From Coriobacteriaceae bacterium (GTDB taxonomy: Bacteria > Bacillota_I > Bacilli_A > RFN20 > CAG-826), in contig CAVDXG010000001.1 in the NCBI GenBank assembly GCA_963612925.1, positions 3,824-67,823 of the forward strand: DNA of 64,000 bases, read 5' to 3'. The notes beneath the pieces are model-generated. The model was not told the origin of the DNA. It saw only the letters and a program-made list of their open reading frames with translations, and did not search any database. Below are positions 26,662 to 38,998 of this stretch, piece by piece. Position 1 is the stretch's first letter, and each line of letters starts with the position of its first letter. The position numbers and the translations under genes were made by a program.

Positions 26662-28989
26662 ATGCAAAAATATTTCGAGCTATCAGTCCATGAATTAGTT
26701 GATTTTTTGCTTAGAAGAGGCGATATCGACAATCGCATCTACAATCAGTCGACAATGCAAGAAGGTAGTGCGATACATTCCATCTATCAATCTAAACGAA
26801 ATAGTTCTTATATCAGCGAATATTTTCTAAAAGAAAAATTCAGTGTTGAAGATTTTGTTTTTTCTATCGAAGGTCGAGCTGATGGAATATTTTGCAAAAA
26901 TGATAAATATTATGTCGAGGAAATTAAATCGACAACAGATGATTTGTCTAACTATTATGACAGTCAAAAAGAATGGCATCTAGGGCAAGCTAAATGCTAT
27001 GCCTTAATGCTTGCACATGAAAAAGGCTTGAAAAATGTCAACTTAAAGTTGACATATATTAGTCAATTAAATCAAAGAATTAAACTTTATAAGCGCTTCT
27101 CTTTCAGCGTCGATGAGCTTGAAAAAGATGTTTTTTCCTACATGAGCGATTATCTTAATTTCTTTAGAATCATCTATCAAAGAACAATGAGACGAAATGA
27201 ATCGGCTAAGGAATTACCTTTTCCGTTTGAAAAATTTCGAAAAGGGCAGCGTGAACTTGCCAAATATTCTTATAAAGTCGCTAACGACGGTGGTTTTTTA
27301 TTTGTAGAAGCTCCAACTGGAATTGGTAAAACGATGTCTACTTTATATCCTTCAGTTAAGTCTTTCGCCAATGATACAAATCAAAAAATCTTTTATTTAA
27401 CAGCAAAAACATCCGGAAAAGAAGCAGCTTATCAAGCTTGTAAATTATTGAAAGAAAAAGGTTTAGATGCTAGCGAGATAATCATAACCGCCAAAGAAAA
27501 GATTTGTCCTTTAGAGAAGCCTAGTTGCAATCCTGATGATTGTCCTTTTGCTAAAGACTATTACACCAAATTAAAAGATGTGCTGCTTTCTTCAATTAAA
27601 AATTACGATTCCTTTTCTAAGGAAACTATTTTAGAAATTGCTAATAAAAATACGATGTGTCCATTTGAATTATCGTTGGATTTATCGCTTTTAATGGACA
27701 TTATTATTTGCGATTACAATTACTTCTTTGATCCGTTTGTTTATCTAAAAAGATATTTTGATGGACCTCAGACTAACGATATTGTCCTTGTTGATGAAGC
27801 ACACAATTTAGTCGATCGCGGTCGAGAGATGTATAGCGCTTCTTTATCTCGTCGTTTATTTTTTAAGGCAAGGAAATGCTTAAAAGATATTAATCATCCA
27901 AAAATTAAGTTAGCAGCAAAGAAGATTGCGCAATTTTTTGATTCTTATTCATCGATGGATGGAGAAAGCGTTATTCCTCTTTTTCCAAGAAACATCATTT
28001 TAGATTTTGATAAATTTAATGTTGCAGCCGTGGATGTCTTAAAACATTTTCAAAAAGATACAAATCAAGAATTCATCGATTTTTCTTTCGATTTAATGAG
28101 ATTTAGAAAACTGCTCGATTTTTATGATTCATCATTTTCATTGTCGGTTAAAAATAATGAATACGATTTAGTGTTTAATCTATTTTGCCTTGATCCAAGC
28201 GAATTTTTGTCTGACACGCTTAAAAAGGTTCGCAGCAAGATTATCTTTTCAGCTACTTTGTCGCCTTCTCAATACTATTTGAGGATGATTGGAAATGATA
28301 GCGAACTTCCGATGTTGTCGCTTAAATCTCCTTTTGCTAAAGATAATTTATGCATCATGGTAGCGCCGAATATTTCTGTGAGATATAAAGACCGAGATAA
28401 TACATTAGAAAAAGTTGCTGGCTACATTAAAAGCGTTATCAAGATGAAAATAGGTAATTATTTTATCTACGCCCCAAGTTTTGAATACCTCAATAAATTA
28501 TTGCCTTATCTTAATTTCGATGATGCTGAACTTTTAATTCAGCAAAAAGATATGAATGAATTAGATAAGGAAAAATTCCTTGCTCATTTTGTCAATGAGC
28601 CAAAAAGAAGCACAGTTGCCTTGGCGGTTGTCGGCGGTGCTTTTAGCGAAGGCATTGATTTGGTTAGTGATCGCCTTATCGGAGTCATCATTATTGGCGT
28701 CGGTTTCCCTCAAATTTGTTTTGAAAGAGAAAGAATCAAAGAATATTTCGATTTGAACGAAGAAAAAGGTTTTGTTTATAGCTATATCAATCCAGGAATT
28801 AATAAAATCATGCAAGCCGTTGGCCGAGTCATCCGCAGTGAAAACGACCGAGGGATTGCTTTACTTATCGATGATCGTTATTTAAATGCGACATATCACA
28901 ATTTATTTTCTAACCATTGGAGCAACTACAAAGTCGTGACTTCTAAAGAAGATATTGAGAAAAACTTATCTAAATTTTGGAAAGAATAG
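26662..28989 (+). CDS. PD-(D/E)xK nuclease domain fused to a DinG/XPD (Rad3)-family Fe-S DNA helicase
   Basis: The N-terminal ~150 aa carry GRADGIF...YVEEIKST...QAKCYAL, a RecB/Cas4-like D...ExK plus QxxxY pattern. The helicase part has motif I VEAPTGIGKT and a DEAH box (VLVDEAHNL). The 4-Cys insert is CPLEKPSCNPDDCPF...MCPFE. Confidence 0.75.
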   Translation: MQKYFELSVHELVDFLLRRGDIDNRIYNQSTMQEGSAIHSIYQSKRNSSYISEYFLKEKFSVEDFVFSIEGRADGIFCKNDKYYVEEIKSTTDDLSNYYDSQKEWHLGQAKCYALMLAHEKGLKNVNLKLTYISQLNQRIKLYKRFSFSVDELEKDVFSYMSDYLNFFRIIYQRTMRRNESAKELPFPFEKFRKGQRELAKYSYKVANDGGFLFVEAPTGIGKTMSTLYPSVKSFANDTNQKIFYLTAKTSGKEAAYQACKLLKEKGLDASEIIITAKEKICPLEKPSCNPDDCPFAKDYYTKLKDVLLSSIKNYDSFSKETILEIANKNTMCPFELSLDLSLLMDIIICDYNYFFDPFVYLKRYFDGPQTNDIVLVDEAHNLVDRGREMYSASLSRRLFFKARKCLKDINHPKIKLAAKKIAQFFDSYSSMDGESVIPLFPRNIILDFDKFNVAAVDVLKHFQKDTNQEFIDFSFDLMRFRKLLDFYDSSFSLSVKNNEYDLVFNLFCLDPSEFLSDTLKKVRSKIIFSATLSPSQYYLRMIGNDSELPMLSLKSPFAKDNLCIMVAPNISVRYKDRDNTLEKVAGYIKSVIKMKIGNYFIYAPSFEYLNKLLPYLNFDDAELLIQQKDMNELDKEKFLAHFVNEPKRSTVALAVVGGAFSEGIDLVSDRLIGVIIIGVGFPQICFERERIKEYFDLNEEKGFVYSYINPGINKIMQAVGRVIRSENDRGIALLIDDRYLNATYHNLFSNHWSNYKVVTSKEDIEKNLSKFWKE

Positions 28990-29016
28990 CGAAAAATATA
29001 TTAAGATATAAACATT

Positions 29017-30828
29017 ATGGATTTTGATAAACGTTATATTAGAAATTTCTCGATTATTGCTCATATTGACCATGGCAAATCAACATTAGCAGATCGCATT
29101 TTAGAATTGACTGAAACTGTTTCTAAGCGAGAAATGAAAGAGCAATTCCTCGATTCCATGGATTTAGAAAGAGAAAGAGGAATAACTATTAAGTTAAATG
29201 CGGTGACGCTTAAATATCGCGCCGATGATGGGCACGATTATTTGTTCAATCTAATCGACACTCCGGGGCATGTTGACTTTTCTTACGAAGTTTCTCGCTC
29301 TTTAGCAGCTTGTGAAGGCTGTCTATTAGTTGTCGATGCTTCCCAAGGAGTGGAAGCTCAGACCTTGGCAAATGTCTATCTAGCAGTGGATAACAATCTA
29401 GAAATTATCCCAGTTATCAATAAAATTGATTTGCCTAGCGCCATGCCGGAAGTGGCTATTAAAGAAATTGAAGAGCGAATTGGCATTCCTTGCGATTCGG
29501 CTTGCCTAGTCAGTGCGAAAACCGGAAAAGGCGTAAAAGAAGTTTTAGAAGCAGTAGTTAAATATATTCCTTCTCCTAATGGAGATCCTAATGCTCCTTT
29601 ACAAGCTTTAATATTCGATTCCTTCTACGATTCTTATCGAGGAGTAATCATTTTAGTTTGCATTAAAAATGGCACGGTTAAGGTTGGCGACACAATTACT
29701 TTGATGGCGGCTAATACAGATTATCTAGTCACTGAAGTTGGTATTAGAACTCCTAAAGAGTTGAAGAAAAATGAATTAAGTGCTGGCGAAGTTGGCTATA
29801 TTGCCGCGCAAATAAAAAACATTAGAGATGTTTTTCCTGGTGAAACTGTTACTTTAAAAAATAATCCTGCTAAAGTGGCGTTGCCAGGCTATCGAAAGAT
29901 GAATCCGATGGTCTATTGCGGCTTGTATCCAGTTGATAGCAAAAAGTTTTTAGATTTAAAAGATGCATTAGAGAAACTATCTCTCAATGATGCTTCGTTA
30001 GTGTTTGAAGCCGAGACTTCTCAAGCTTTAGGATTTGGCTTTAGATGCGGATTTTTAGGGCTTTTGCACATGGATGTTGTTCAAGAACGACTAGAACGAG
30101 AATATGGATTGGATTTAATTTTAACCGCTCCAAGCGTTATTTATCATATCTATCTCACCAAAGGTGAAATGATTGAATTAGACAATCCATCAAAACTCCC
30201 TGATTTGACTCTTATAAAAGAAATTCAAGAGCCATATGTTAAAGCGGAAATTATGACACCGAAAGAATATGTCGGGCCAGTTATGGAGCTTTGTCAAAAT
30301 AGACGAGGTATCTATAAAGATCTGCAATATTTTGATGATACAAGAATGGTGGTAACTTATGAATTACCTCTATCAGAAATTGTTTACAATTTCTTTGATA
30401 AACTTAAAAGTTACACAAAGGGTTACGCTTCTTTTGATTATGAATTTTCAGGATATAAGCCTGGCCAACTTGCTAAAATGGATATCTTATTAAATGGCGA
30501 AGTTATCGATGCTTTATCAATTATTGTTCATCGTAGCACCGCCTATGAAAGAGGAAGTATTGTCGTTAGAAAGTTAAAAGAAATAATCCCGCGTCAGCAA
30601 TTTGAAGTCCCAGTGCAAGCGGCGATAAATGGAAAAGTCATCGCACGCGCAGATATAAAAGCTGTCCGAAAAGATGTTTTAGCTAAGTGCTATGGTGGAG
30701 ATATTTCTCGTAAACGCAAATTGCTTGAAAAGCAAAAAGAAGGTAAGAAGCGCATGAAAGCGATTGGATCTGTCGAAGTTCCTCAAGAAGCATTTATGAG
30801 CGTATTATCGATTGATGATGACGATTAA
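29017..30828 (+). CDS. lepA: Elongation factor 4 (LepA)
   Basis: [18 protein letters not shown]-domain and the LepA-specific C-terminal domain. Confidence 0.92.
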   Translation: MDFDKRYIRNFSIIAHIDHGKSTLADRILELTETVSKREMKEQFLDSMDLERERGITIKLNAVTLKYRADDGHDYLFNLIDTPGHVDFSYEVSRSLAACEGCLLVVDASQGVEAQTLANVYLAVDNNLEIIPVINKIDLPSAMPEVAIKEIEERIGIPCDSACLVSAKTGKGVKEVLEAVVKYIPSPNGDPNAPLQALIFDSFYDSYRGVIILVCIKNGTVKVGDTITLMAANTDYLVTEVGIRTPKELKKNELSAGEVGYIAAQIKNIRDVFPGETVTLKNNPAKVALPGYRKMNPMVYCGLYPVDSKKFLDLKDALEKLSLNDASLVFEAETSQALGFGFRCGFLGLLHMDVVQERLEREYGLDLILTAPSVIYHIYLTKGEMIELDNPSKLPDLTLIKEIQEPYVKAEIMTPKEYVGPVMELCQNRRGIYKDLQYFDDTRMVVTYELPLSEIVYNFFDKLKSYTKGYASFDYEFSGYKPGQLAKMDILLNGEVIDALSIIVHRSTAYERGSIVVRKLKEIIPRQQFEVPVQAAINGKVIARADIKAVRKDVLAKCYGGDISRKRKLLEKQKEGKKRMKAIGSVEVPQEAFMSVLSIDDDD

Positions 30829-30914
30829 TAGTGAAAAATTAGTTTAAAATTAGTAATTTCTTATTGTATAAGTTTTATTGAAGTGCTAAATTTTAGTAGA
30901 AGGAGATAATTTTT

Positions 30915-32336
30915 ATGTCTAATACAAATTTAGCTATTCGTTTTACAGATGAAGTTTATGCTTCTAGGCAAATGGTTGCCAGAGAACTTGGCACTAACTT
31001 AATCGATTCTATTTGGAAACAAATTCTAGATTACCGTAAAGGATCTTCGATTTCTTTATCGCTTTATGATGTTAATAAAGTACCTTTTAGTTTAACTTTG
31101 ACTGATGCAGTTAAAGAAAGCTGCCGTCACTTATTTGAAAAGATAACTAATGCAAACGATGAATTCCTTGCTCTACAAAATGGCATCATCGGTAAAGAAG
31201 TTTTATGTTCTGATATGCTAAAGATTTCCTTGAAGTATCTTGCTCATTTTAAAGGCATTATCGTTAACGATATCGGACTAAACAACATTCTTAAAGAAGA
31301 AAACAATAATCTTTTATACGAACCACTTGTTTCTTATTTAAATGCTTTGGAGCAATTAAAAGAATATAAATCCGATAAAATCGACGAAAATCTGCTCGCC
31401 TTTTATTTAGAAGCATTATCAGGACATCGCGAATTATCGTTCTTTTACCGCAACAAAGAAATTGAATCACCATCGCAAAAAGTGCTCATTAATCGCGAAT
31501 ATAATGGGGCTCCTGTTTCTTTGATTGAACCTTTGATGAATTCTTTATTCGCCTTTATTAACGATGAAAGAAATGATTTAGTTGTCCGAATTGTCTCGTC
31601 ACTATTCATGATTAATTATATTAAACCTTTTGAGAAATATAACGAAGAAATCGCTGTTTTAATCGCGAAAAGTTTGCTAGGCAAATACAAAAATAGTGAA
31701 TTTGTAAGCATACTTCCATTAGAAGTTGTTCTTTATGAAAGTAAAGATTGCCTTAATACTGCGTCAAAAGAAACACAAAGAAATCATGATTTAACTTATT
31801 ATTTGAATGAAATAATTCGTCTTTTTGAGGATGTAACATCATCGTTTAATAATCGCTTAGTCCAATTAACTCATGATTCTTTAGCAGAGGAATATTTCGA
31901 TAAAGGCGTAACTCCAAGTGAAAAAGTTGAAGAGAAAAAAGAACTCTTTGTTAACAAAGAAAGTTTTGTAGAGACACCGATTAAAAAAGAAGAAGCAACT
32001 CCGGTAAGCAATAAAGAGGTGAAAAAAGAAAAAGTTGAAATTGCTAATAATGAGCCAATGGTCAATGTCCATAAGTTCGAAGAACTCGATGAAAAAGCAT
32101 TGAATAGAGCCGCTACTGATTTGCTTGAAAGCGATCCTAATTTAAGGCCGAGTCAAGCTCATTTCTATGTTAGACATTGCACACTTGGCAAATATTACAC
32201 CATTCAGCAATTTAAAAAATGTGAAAAGGTTGTCTATGAAACCGCGAGAACATCGATGGAATATCTTGCGCGGGCTGGATATTATCGGCGCGAGCAGGTG
32301 AAAAATAAGTTTGTTTACACCCCAATTTCAAAATAG
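30915..32336 (+). CDS. Hypothetical protein: possible degenerate Fic-like core, K/E-rich linker and C-terminal wHTH-like tail
   Basis: 473 aa with RBS AGGAGA. IKPFEKYNEEIAVLIAKSLL sits where the Fic HPFx[DE]GNGR motif would be, but the motif is degenerate. The tail is ...YYTIQQFKK...ARAGYYRREQVKNKFVYTPI. Confidence 0.5.
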   Translation: MSNTNLAIRFTDEVYASRQMVARELGTNLIDSIWKQILDYRKGSSISLSLYDVNKVPFSLTLTDAVKESCRHLFEKITNANDEFLALQNGIIGKEVLCSDMLKISLKYLAHFKGIIVNDIGLNNILKEENNNLLYEPLVSYLNALEQLKEYKSDKIDENLLAFYLEALSGHRELSFFYRNKEIESPSQKVLINREYNGAPVSLIEPLMNSLFAFINDERNDLVVRIVSSLFMINYIKPFEKYNEEIAVLIAKSLLGKYKNSEFVSILPLEVVLYESKDCLNTASKETQRNHDLTYYLNEIIRLFEDVTSSFNNRLVQLTHDSLAEEYFDKGVTPSEKVEEKKELFVNKESFVETPIKKEEATPVSNKEVKKEKVEIANNEPMVNVHKFEELDEKALNRAATDLLESDPNLRPSQAHFYVRHCTLGKYYTIQQFKKCEKVVYETARTSMEYLARAGYYRREQVKNKFVYTPISK

Positions 32337-32359
32337 TAAAATAACCGAGGTGAAAAAGT

Positions 32360-32632
32360 ATGAAAATCTTAAATAGCAGTGTATGGACAAATCCATTTGT
32401 AATTATCGGCCTTGTTTTAGTGTTCTTTGGTTTAATTATTTTAATAATTATTCTTGTAAAACGACATGTTAAACCTTTGCAGATTAAAAAGGATGAAATC
32501 GATGAACAAGAAGCAGTTAGACAAGAACTTGATCGCATTTTAGTTCCTATTGATGATGAAAAGATTCAAAAGGAAATGGAAGAAAAAGCTGATAAGAGCG
32601 GTACAAAACCAGTTGATGAGAAAAAAGATTAA
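32360..32632 (+). CDS. Small single-pass membrane protein
   Basis: 90 aa with RBS GAGGTG. One TM helix followed by an acidic/K-rich tail. Its end overlaps the hemW start. Confidence 0.45.
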   Translation: MKILNSSVWTNPFVIIGLVLVFFGLIILIIILVKRHVKPLQIKKDEIDEQEAVRQELDRILVPIDDEKIQKEMEEKADKSGTKPVDEKKD

Positions 32633-33710
32633 CGCCTTATATGTTCACATTCCTTTTTGCGAACATATCTGTGCTTATTGTGATTTTACAAAATTATTTT
32701 ATAACTCTAAATTCTCTGAGCCTTATTTAAAGGCTCTTTTCTTAGAAATTGATTCTTATAATATCGATAAAGTTAAAACTATCTATGTTGGCGGTGGGAC
32801 GCCGAGTGCTTTAAGTGATGAAGAATTCGAACTACTTTTGAAAAAACTTTCATTTCTCTTAGATGAAAATGGCGAATTCACAGTTGAAGGAAATGTTGAA
32901 AATCTTTCGCTTAATAAACTTCAATTGCTTAAAAAGTACGGCGTTAATCGTTTATCTATTGGAGTTGAGGCAACAAGCGAAAAAGCTTTAAAACTTTTAA
33001 ATCGTCATCATAGTTTTTTAGATGCAGTTAATGTTGTAGCTAATGCTAGAAAAGTTGGATTTAATAACATTAATGTCGATTTAATCTATGGCTATCCTTC
33101 TGAAACTATGCTTGATTTGAAGCAAGATTTAAAAAATATTTTGTCGTTGGAAACTGAGCACATCTCTATTTACTCTTTAACGGTCAGTCCAAATACTTCA
33201 TTTTTTAATGCCGGCGTTAAAGAACAAAATGAGGATGAATCGCGTCTTTTCTATGAATGTATCTTAAAAACGCTTAGAGAGTATGGTTACATTCGTTATG
33301 AAGTTAGCAATTTTTCTAAGCCGGGATTTTATTCAAGGCATAATTTAGTTTATTGGAAAGATGAAGAATATTATGGCGTCGGTCTAGGTGCTTCTGGCTA
33401 TATTGATGGAATTAGATATACCAATACCAAGAATATGAAAAAATATTTAAATCATGAATACATTGATGTTCAAGAAAAGCTAACTAAAAAAGAAGAAATC
33501 GAGGATTTTTTATTAACTAATTTTCGGCTAGAAGAAGGATTTAGTTTATCCGCATTTAAAAATCGATTCTCTTTTGACTTCTTAAAGAAATATGAAAATG
33601 AGGTTAATAAATTAATTGATACTAAATTGTTGATATTAAATGATGATACAATTAGAGCAAGCGACGAGGGTTTAATGCTTCTTGATCGCATTTTATTGAA
33701 ACTATTATGA
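32616..33710 (+). CDS. hemW: Radical-SAM heme chaperone HemW (HemN-like, oxygen-independent coproporphyrinogen-III oxidase family)
   Basis: LYVHIPFCEHICAYCDF radical-SAM CxxxCxxC cluster and a HemN C-terminal domain. I chose the ATG at 32616 over the track's frame-overlapping 32550. Confidence 0.85.
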   Translation: MRKKINALYVHIPFCEHICAYCDFTKLFYNSKFSEPYLKALFLEIDSYNIDKVKTIYVGGGTPSALSDEEFELLLKKLSFLLDENGEFTVEGNVENLSLNKLQLLKKYGVNRLSIGVEATSEKALKLLNRHHSFLDAVNVVANARKVGFNNINVDLIYGYPSETMLDLKQDLKNILSLETEHISIYSLTVSPNTSFFNAGVKEQNEDESRLFYECILKTLREYGYIRYEVSNFSKPGFYSRHNLVYWKDEEYYGVGLGASGYIDGIRYTNTKNMKKYLNHEYIDVQEKLTKKEEIEDFLLTNFRLEEGFSLSAFKNRFSFDFLKKYENEVNKLIDTKLLILNDDTIRASDEGLMLLDRILLKLL

Positions 33711-34135
33711 ATCCAGCCAAATTTCCTAAACGAGTAATATCTTATGTCTTTGACATGGTTTTATCTTTCATTATCTCTTTAACACTTATTATTTTAGGAA
33801 GTATCTTTTTAGATGGATTCGCAAATTTAGGCATTTTTTATATTGTTTTAATCTTTTTTGGACTGCTTTGGTTTGTCTACACCTTTATTTTTACTTTTTG
33901 GCTATTTTTAAGCAATGGACGAAGTTTGGGTATGCTAATCTTTGGACTACGAGTAGTGCACAAGGATGTTTCCCGCCTTTCTTTCGGCGACAGTCTTGCT
34001 AGATGTGCTAGTGAAGGAATGTTAGTTTTTATTATTATCGATTTATTTTATGTCCTTATAAATAACAGCGAAAGAACGGCTTTTGATCGCATCTCCAACA
34101 CCTATGTTGTGGACTGGCGACATCGTTCAAATTGA
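33707..34135 (+). CDS. RDD family membrane protein
   Basis: KRVISYVFDMVL..., GRSLGMLIFGLRVV and RTAFDRISNTYVV match the RDD-family motifs. Confidence 0.7.
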   Translation: MNPAKFPKRVISYVFDMVLSFIISLTLIILGSIFLDGFANLGIFYIVLIFFGLLWFVYTFIFTFWLFLSNGRSLGMLIFGLRVVHKDVSRLSFGDSLARCASEGMLVFIIIDLFYVLINNSERTAFDRISNTYVVDWRHRSN

Positions 34136-34196
34136 GACTAACTTAGCTTGATTTTTAAAATTAATAGCTTTGCTATTCGAAAATATTTTTTATTTT

Positions 34197-34223
34197 TTAG
34201 CACTTTATGCTTGACAGTGCCAA
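34197..34223. promoter_or_regulatory. CIRCE-like operator (degenerate) overlapping the hrcA -35
   Basis: TTAGCACTT-TATGCTTGA-CAGTGCCAA, with 3 mismatches to the consensus. Confidence 0.5.
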
Positions 34224-34238
34224 AAAGCTTTTTATAAT
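34211..34238 (+). promoter_or_regulatory. Sigma-A promoter of the hrcA-grpE-dnaK-dnaJ operon
   Basis: TTGACA (34211-34216), a 16-nt spacer, then TATAAT (34233-34238). Confidence 0.65.
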
Positions 34239-34243
34239 TATGA

Positions 34244-34270
34244 TTAGCACTCCAAAAGAATGAGTGCCAA
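34244..34270. promoter_or_regulatory. CIRCE operator (one mismatch) between the -10 and RBS of hrcA
   Basis: TTAGCACTC-CAAAAGAAT-GAGTGCCAA. Confidence 0.8.
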
Positions 34271-34283
34271 AAAGGAGGCCAAT

Positions 34284-35366
34284 ATGAATAGACGAGAAAA
34301 AGTTTTGAAGCTTATAGTCGAGCACTTCATAAAAAATGCCCAACCTGTTGGCAGCAAAACTTTAATTGATGAATATGGTCTTGATTATTCCTCGGCGACG
34401 ATTCGTAGCGAGATGAATGCGCTCGAACAAGATGGTTATCTAGAGAAAACGCATACTTCCAGCGGTCGCGTGCCTTCATCTAAAGGTTATCGATATTATA
34501 TTGAACACCTGCGTGAAGGAAGTCTTGATCAAGAGTTCAAATACCAAATGCAATCCATATTTGATCAAAAAGTGCAATCCATCCAAGATGTTATTTCCCA
34601 ATCTTGCGAAATATTGTCTCAGATGACTAACTTAGCAAGCATTGTGCTTGGACCTGATTCAAATAGTGAACATTTAGTCTCAGTTCAATTGGTCCCGATC
34701 ACTGATTCAAGTGCGACATGTGTCTTTGTCACCGACCAAGGCTATGTCGGTAACAAAACCTTCTTAATCGAAGATAAGAGCAAATTACAAGATGTTGAAA
34801 AATGCGTAAAGCTCTTCAACGATCGATTAAAAGGTACGCCGATTAGTGAACTCTTGAATAAAATGAAAGCTATTCGTCCATTGCTCAATGACCTCGTAAT
34901 TGATCACGATATCATCTACTCAGCAATGGTGAAGACCTTCATGGAATTTGCTAAAGACCGCTTGTTTGCATTTGGAAAAGAAGAACTCTTCGCTCAGCCA
35001 GAGTTCGCCAATGACGCCGCCAAGATCAAGCGCATGATTGAACTATTCGATAGACCTGACATCTTCCGAGAAGTTGAAGAAAGCGCTTCGGGTAGCATTG
35101 CTATTCACATTGGAGGGGAAACTAATGGCGATGATGATGTCTCGATTGTCCAAGCAAAACTTAAAATGCCAGGAAAGCAAGAGAGATCCATCGCGGTGGT
35201 TGGTCCAAAGAGAATGGATTACGACAAGGTCGTTTCATCACTTGAATATCTAATTAAACAATTGAATTCTTATTATGATGAATCGCCTAGAAAGGACGCT
35301 AACAGTGAAAGAAAAGAACAAAGAAAATATCAAAACAGAAAACAAAACAAGCGAAGAAATCGATAA
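34284..35366 (+). CDS. hrcA: Heat-inducible transcription repressor HrcA
   Basis: MNRREKVLKLIVEHFIKNAQPVGSKTLIDEYGLDYSSATIRSEMNALE is the classic HrcA N-terminus. The RBS AGGAGG lies 8 nt upstream. The track's ATG at 34260 lies inside CIRCE and is rejected. Confidence 0.9.
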   Translation: MNRREKVLKLIVEHFIKNAQPVGSKTLIDEYGLDYSSATIRSEMNALEQDGYLEKTHTSSGRVPSSKGYRYYIEHLREGSLDQEFKYQMQSIFDQKVQSIQDVISQSCEILSQMTNLASIVLGPDSNSEHLVSVQLVPITDSSATCVFVTDQGYVGNKTFLIEDKSKLQDVEKCVKLFNDRLKGTPISELLNKMKAIRPLLNDLVIDHDIIYSAMVKTFMEFAKDRLFAFGKEELFAQPEFANDAAKIKRMIELFDRPDIFREVEESASGSIAIHIGGETNGDDDVSIVQAKLKMPGKQERSIAVVGPKRMDYDKVVSSLEYLIKQLNSYYDESPRKDANSERKEQRKYQNRKQNKRRNR

Positions 35367-35868
35367 GTTAAAAGCGGATGTAGAACATTGGAAAAATGAA
35401 TACTACCGCGCTTATGCAGATATGCAAAACCTTCGAAAGCGGATTGAAGCTGACCACAAGGAAGCGATGAAATACCGAGTTGAAGGCTTTGTCGGAGACT
35501 TGCTACCAATATTAGATGGCTTCCATATCGCCTTACAAAATGAGGCCAAAAATGAGGAAATGAAAAATTTCTTAACTGGATTTGAATACATCTACAAAAA
35601 CCTTGTAGCTGTACTAGAAAATGAAGGTGTTAAAGAAATATCGCCAAGCATAAACGATAAATTCGATTCTCGTTATATGCAAGCTATCGAGACGAAAGTG
35701 GATGAAAATAATCCCGATAAAGTACTGAAGGTTGTAACTAAAGGCTACAAACTTCACGAACATCTTGTGCGACCAGCAATGGTGGTCGTATCCGTCAAAG
35801 AAAAAGTTGACGAAACTAAAAAAGAAGAAAATTCTAAGGAAGATAATAATCCGGAAACGGATGCCTAA
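35275..35868 (+). CDS. grpE: Nucleotide exchange factor GrpE (start uncertain: 35275 ATG or 35305 GTG)
   Basis: Long N-terminal helix plus the GrpE core (...YRAYADMQNLRKRIE...). Overlaps the 3' end of hrcA. Confidence 0.8.
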   Translation: MMNRLERTLTVKEKNKENIKTENKTSEEIDKLKADVEHWKNEYYRAYADMQNLRKRIEADHKEAMKYRVEGFVGDLLPILDGFHIALQNEAKNEEMKNFLTGFEYIYKNLVAVLENEGVKEISPSINDKFDSRYMQAIETKVDENNPDKVLKVVTKGYKLHEHLVRPAMVVVSVKEKVDETKKEENSKEDNNPETDA

Positions 35869-37701
<1,833 letters not shown>

Positions 37702-37722
37702 TTATTAATCTAAAATTAGCGT

Positions 37723-37737
37723 GGGGACTTTGTCCCC
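37723..37737 (+). terminator. GC-rich hairpin between dnaK and dnaJ (partial terminator or attenuator)
   Basis: GGGGAC-TTT-GTCCCC is a perfect 6-bp GC stem in an AT-rich genome, followed by CGCTTT. Confidence 0.4.
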
Positions 37738-37768
37738 TCGCTTTGACGATTAGAAAGGAAGTGTAGCA

Positions 37769-38908
37769 ATGGCGAAAAGAGATTTTTACGAAGTATTAGG
37801 GATTTCCAAATCTGCTTCAAAAGATGAAATCAAAAGTGCTTATCGAAAATTAGCTAAAAAATATCACCCAGATTTAAATCATGAACCAGGTGCTGCTGAT
37901 AAATTTAAAGAAGTTCAAGAAGCCTATGACATCCTTTATGATGATAAGAAACGTCAAATGTATGATCAATTTGGTATGGCGGCTTTTGAGCAAGGCGCTT
38001 CTACCGGCGGAGCTGGCAACCCATTCCAAGGCGGTGGATTCTCTTCTCAAGGCTTTGGAGACATTGATTTAGGCGATATATTTTCTTCTTTCTTTGGCGG
38101 TGGCACTAGAAGTTCTAGACAAAGCTATGGACCAAGAAGAGGCGATGATACCCTTCAAAGAATTCGCGTTCCGTTCATGGATGCCGTTTTAGGTAAAAAA
38201 GTTCTCGTGCCAGTTAGCTACGATGAAAAGTGCGCGACTTGTAATGGAACCGGCGCAAAATCTGCGAGTGACATCGAAACTTGTCCAAACTGTCAAGGCA
38301 AAGGTTATGTTAAAACTCAACAGAGAACTATCTTTGGCGTGATGGAAGGGCAGAGCACATGTCCTAAATGCGGTGGAACTGGCAAAATCATCAAAGAAAA
38401 ATGTCCTGATTGCCAAGGCAAAGGCTATAAGCATATCAAACGCGACATGGAAGTTAATATTCCAGCCGGCATCAACGAAGGACAACAAATTGTTATTCGT
38501 GGTAAAGGCGGTCGTGGAGTTAATGGAGGCGATAACGGAGACTTATATCTAGAAATCGTTATCATCCCGCATGAATACTTTAAACGCGATGGAAACGATA
38601 TTCATATCGACGTGCCTATTAGCTTTATCGATGCAACATTAGGCAAAAAGATCGATGTTCCAACTGTCTATGGCGATGTTGAAGTGGATATTCCATCCGG
38701 AACTCAGCCAAATCAAATACTGCGATTAAAAGGACGCGGCGTTAAAGATTTAAGAAAAGGTACACCGGGCGATGAATACATTCATGTGCAAATTAAAACA
38801 CCTACCAAGTTAAGCAAAGAGCAAAAAGAACTTCTTGAGCAGTTTAGAAAAACTGAAGATAAAGAAGAATCCTTCTTCGATAAGTTCAAAAAGAACTTTA
38901 AAAAGTAA
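37769..38908 (+). CDS. dnaJ: Chaperone DnaJ
   Basis: J-domain HPD (KKYHPDLN), a G/F-rich region and four CxxCxGxG zinc-finger repeats. Confidence 0.95.
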   Translation: MAKRDFYEVLGISKSASKDEIKSAYRKLAKKYHPDLNHEPGAADKFKEVQEAYDILYDDKKRQMYDQFGMAAFEQGASTGGAGNPFQGGGFSSQGFGDIDLGDIFSSFFGGGTRSSRQSYGPRRGDDTLQRIRVPFMDAVLGKKVLVPVSYDEKCATCNGTGAKSASDIETCPNCQGKGYVKTQQRTIFGVMEGQSTCPKCGGTGKIIKEKCPDCQGKGYKHIKRDMEVNIPAGINEGQQIVIRGKGGRGVNGGDNGDLYLEIVIIPHEYFKRDGNDIHIDVPISFIDATLGKKIDVPTVYGDVEVDIPSGTQPNQILRLKGRGVKDLRKGTPGDEYIHVQIKTPTKLSKEQKELLEQFRKTEDKEESFFDKFKKNFKK

Positions 38909-38998
38909 ATCTTAAAAAGATTTAAATAGGTCGGATTATCCGGCCTTTTTGAATGAAAATTAAACTATGATAAAATAAATATTTGTGAGGTCTAAGCA

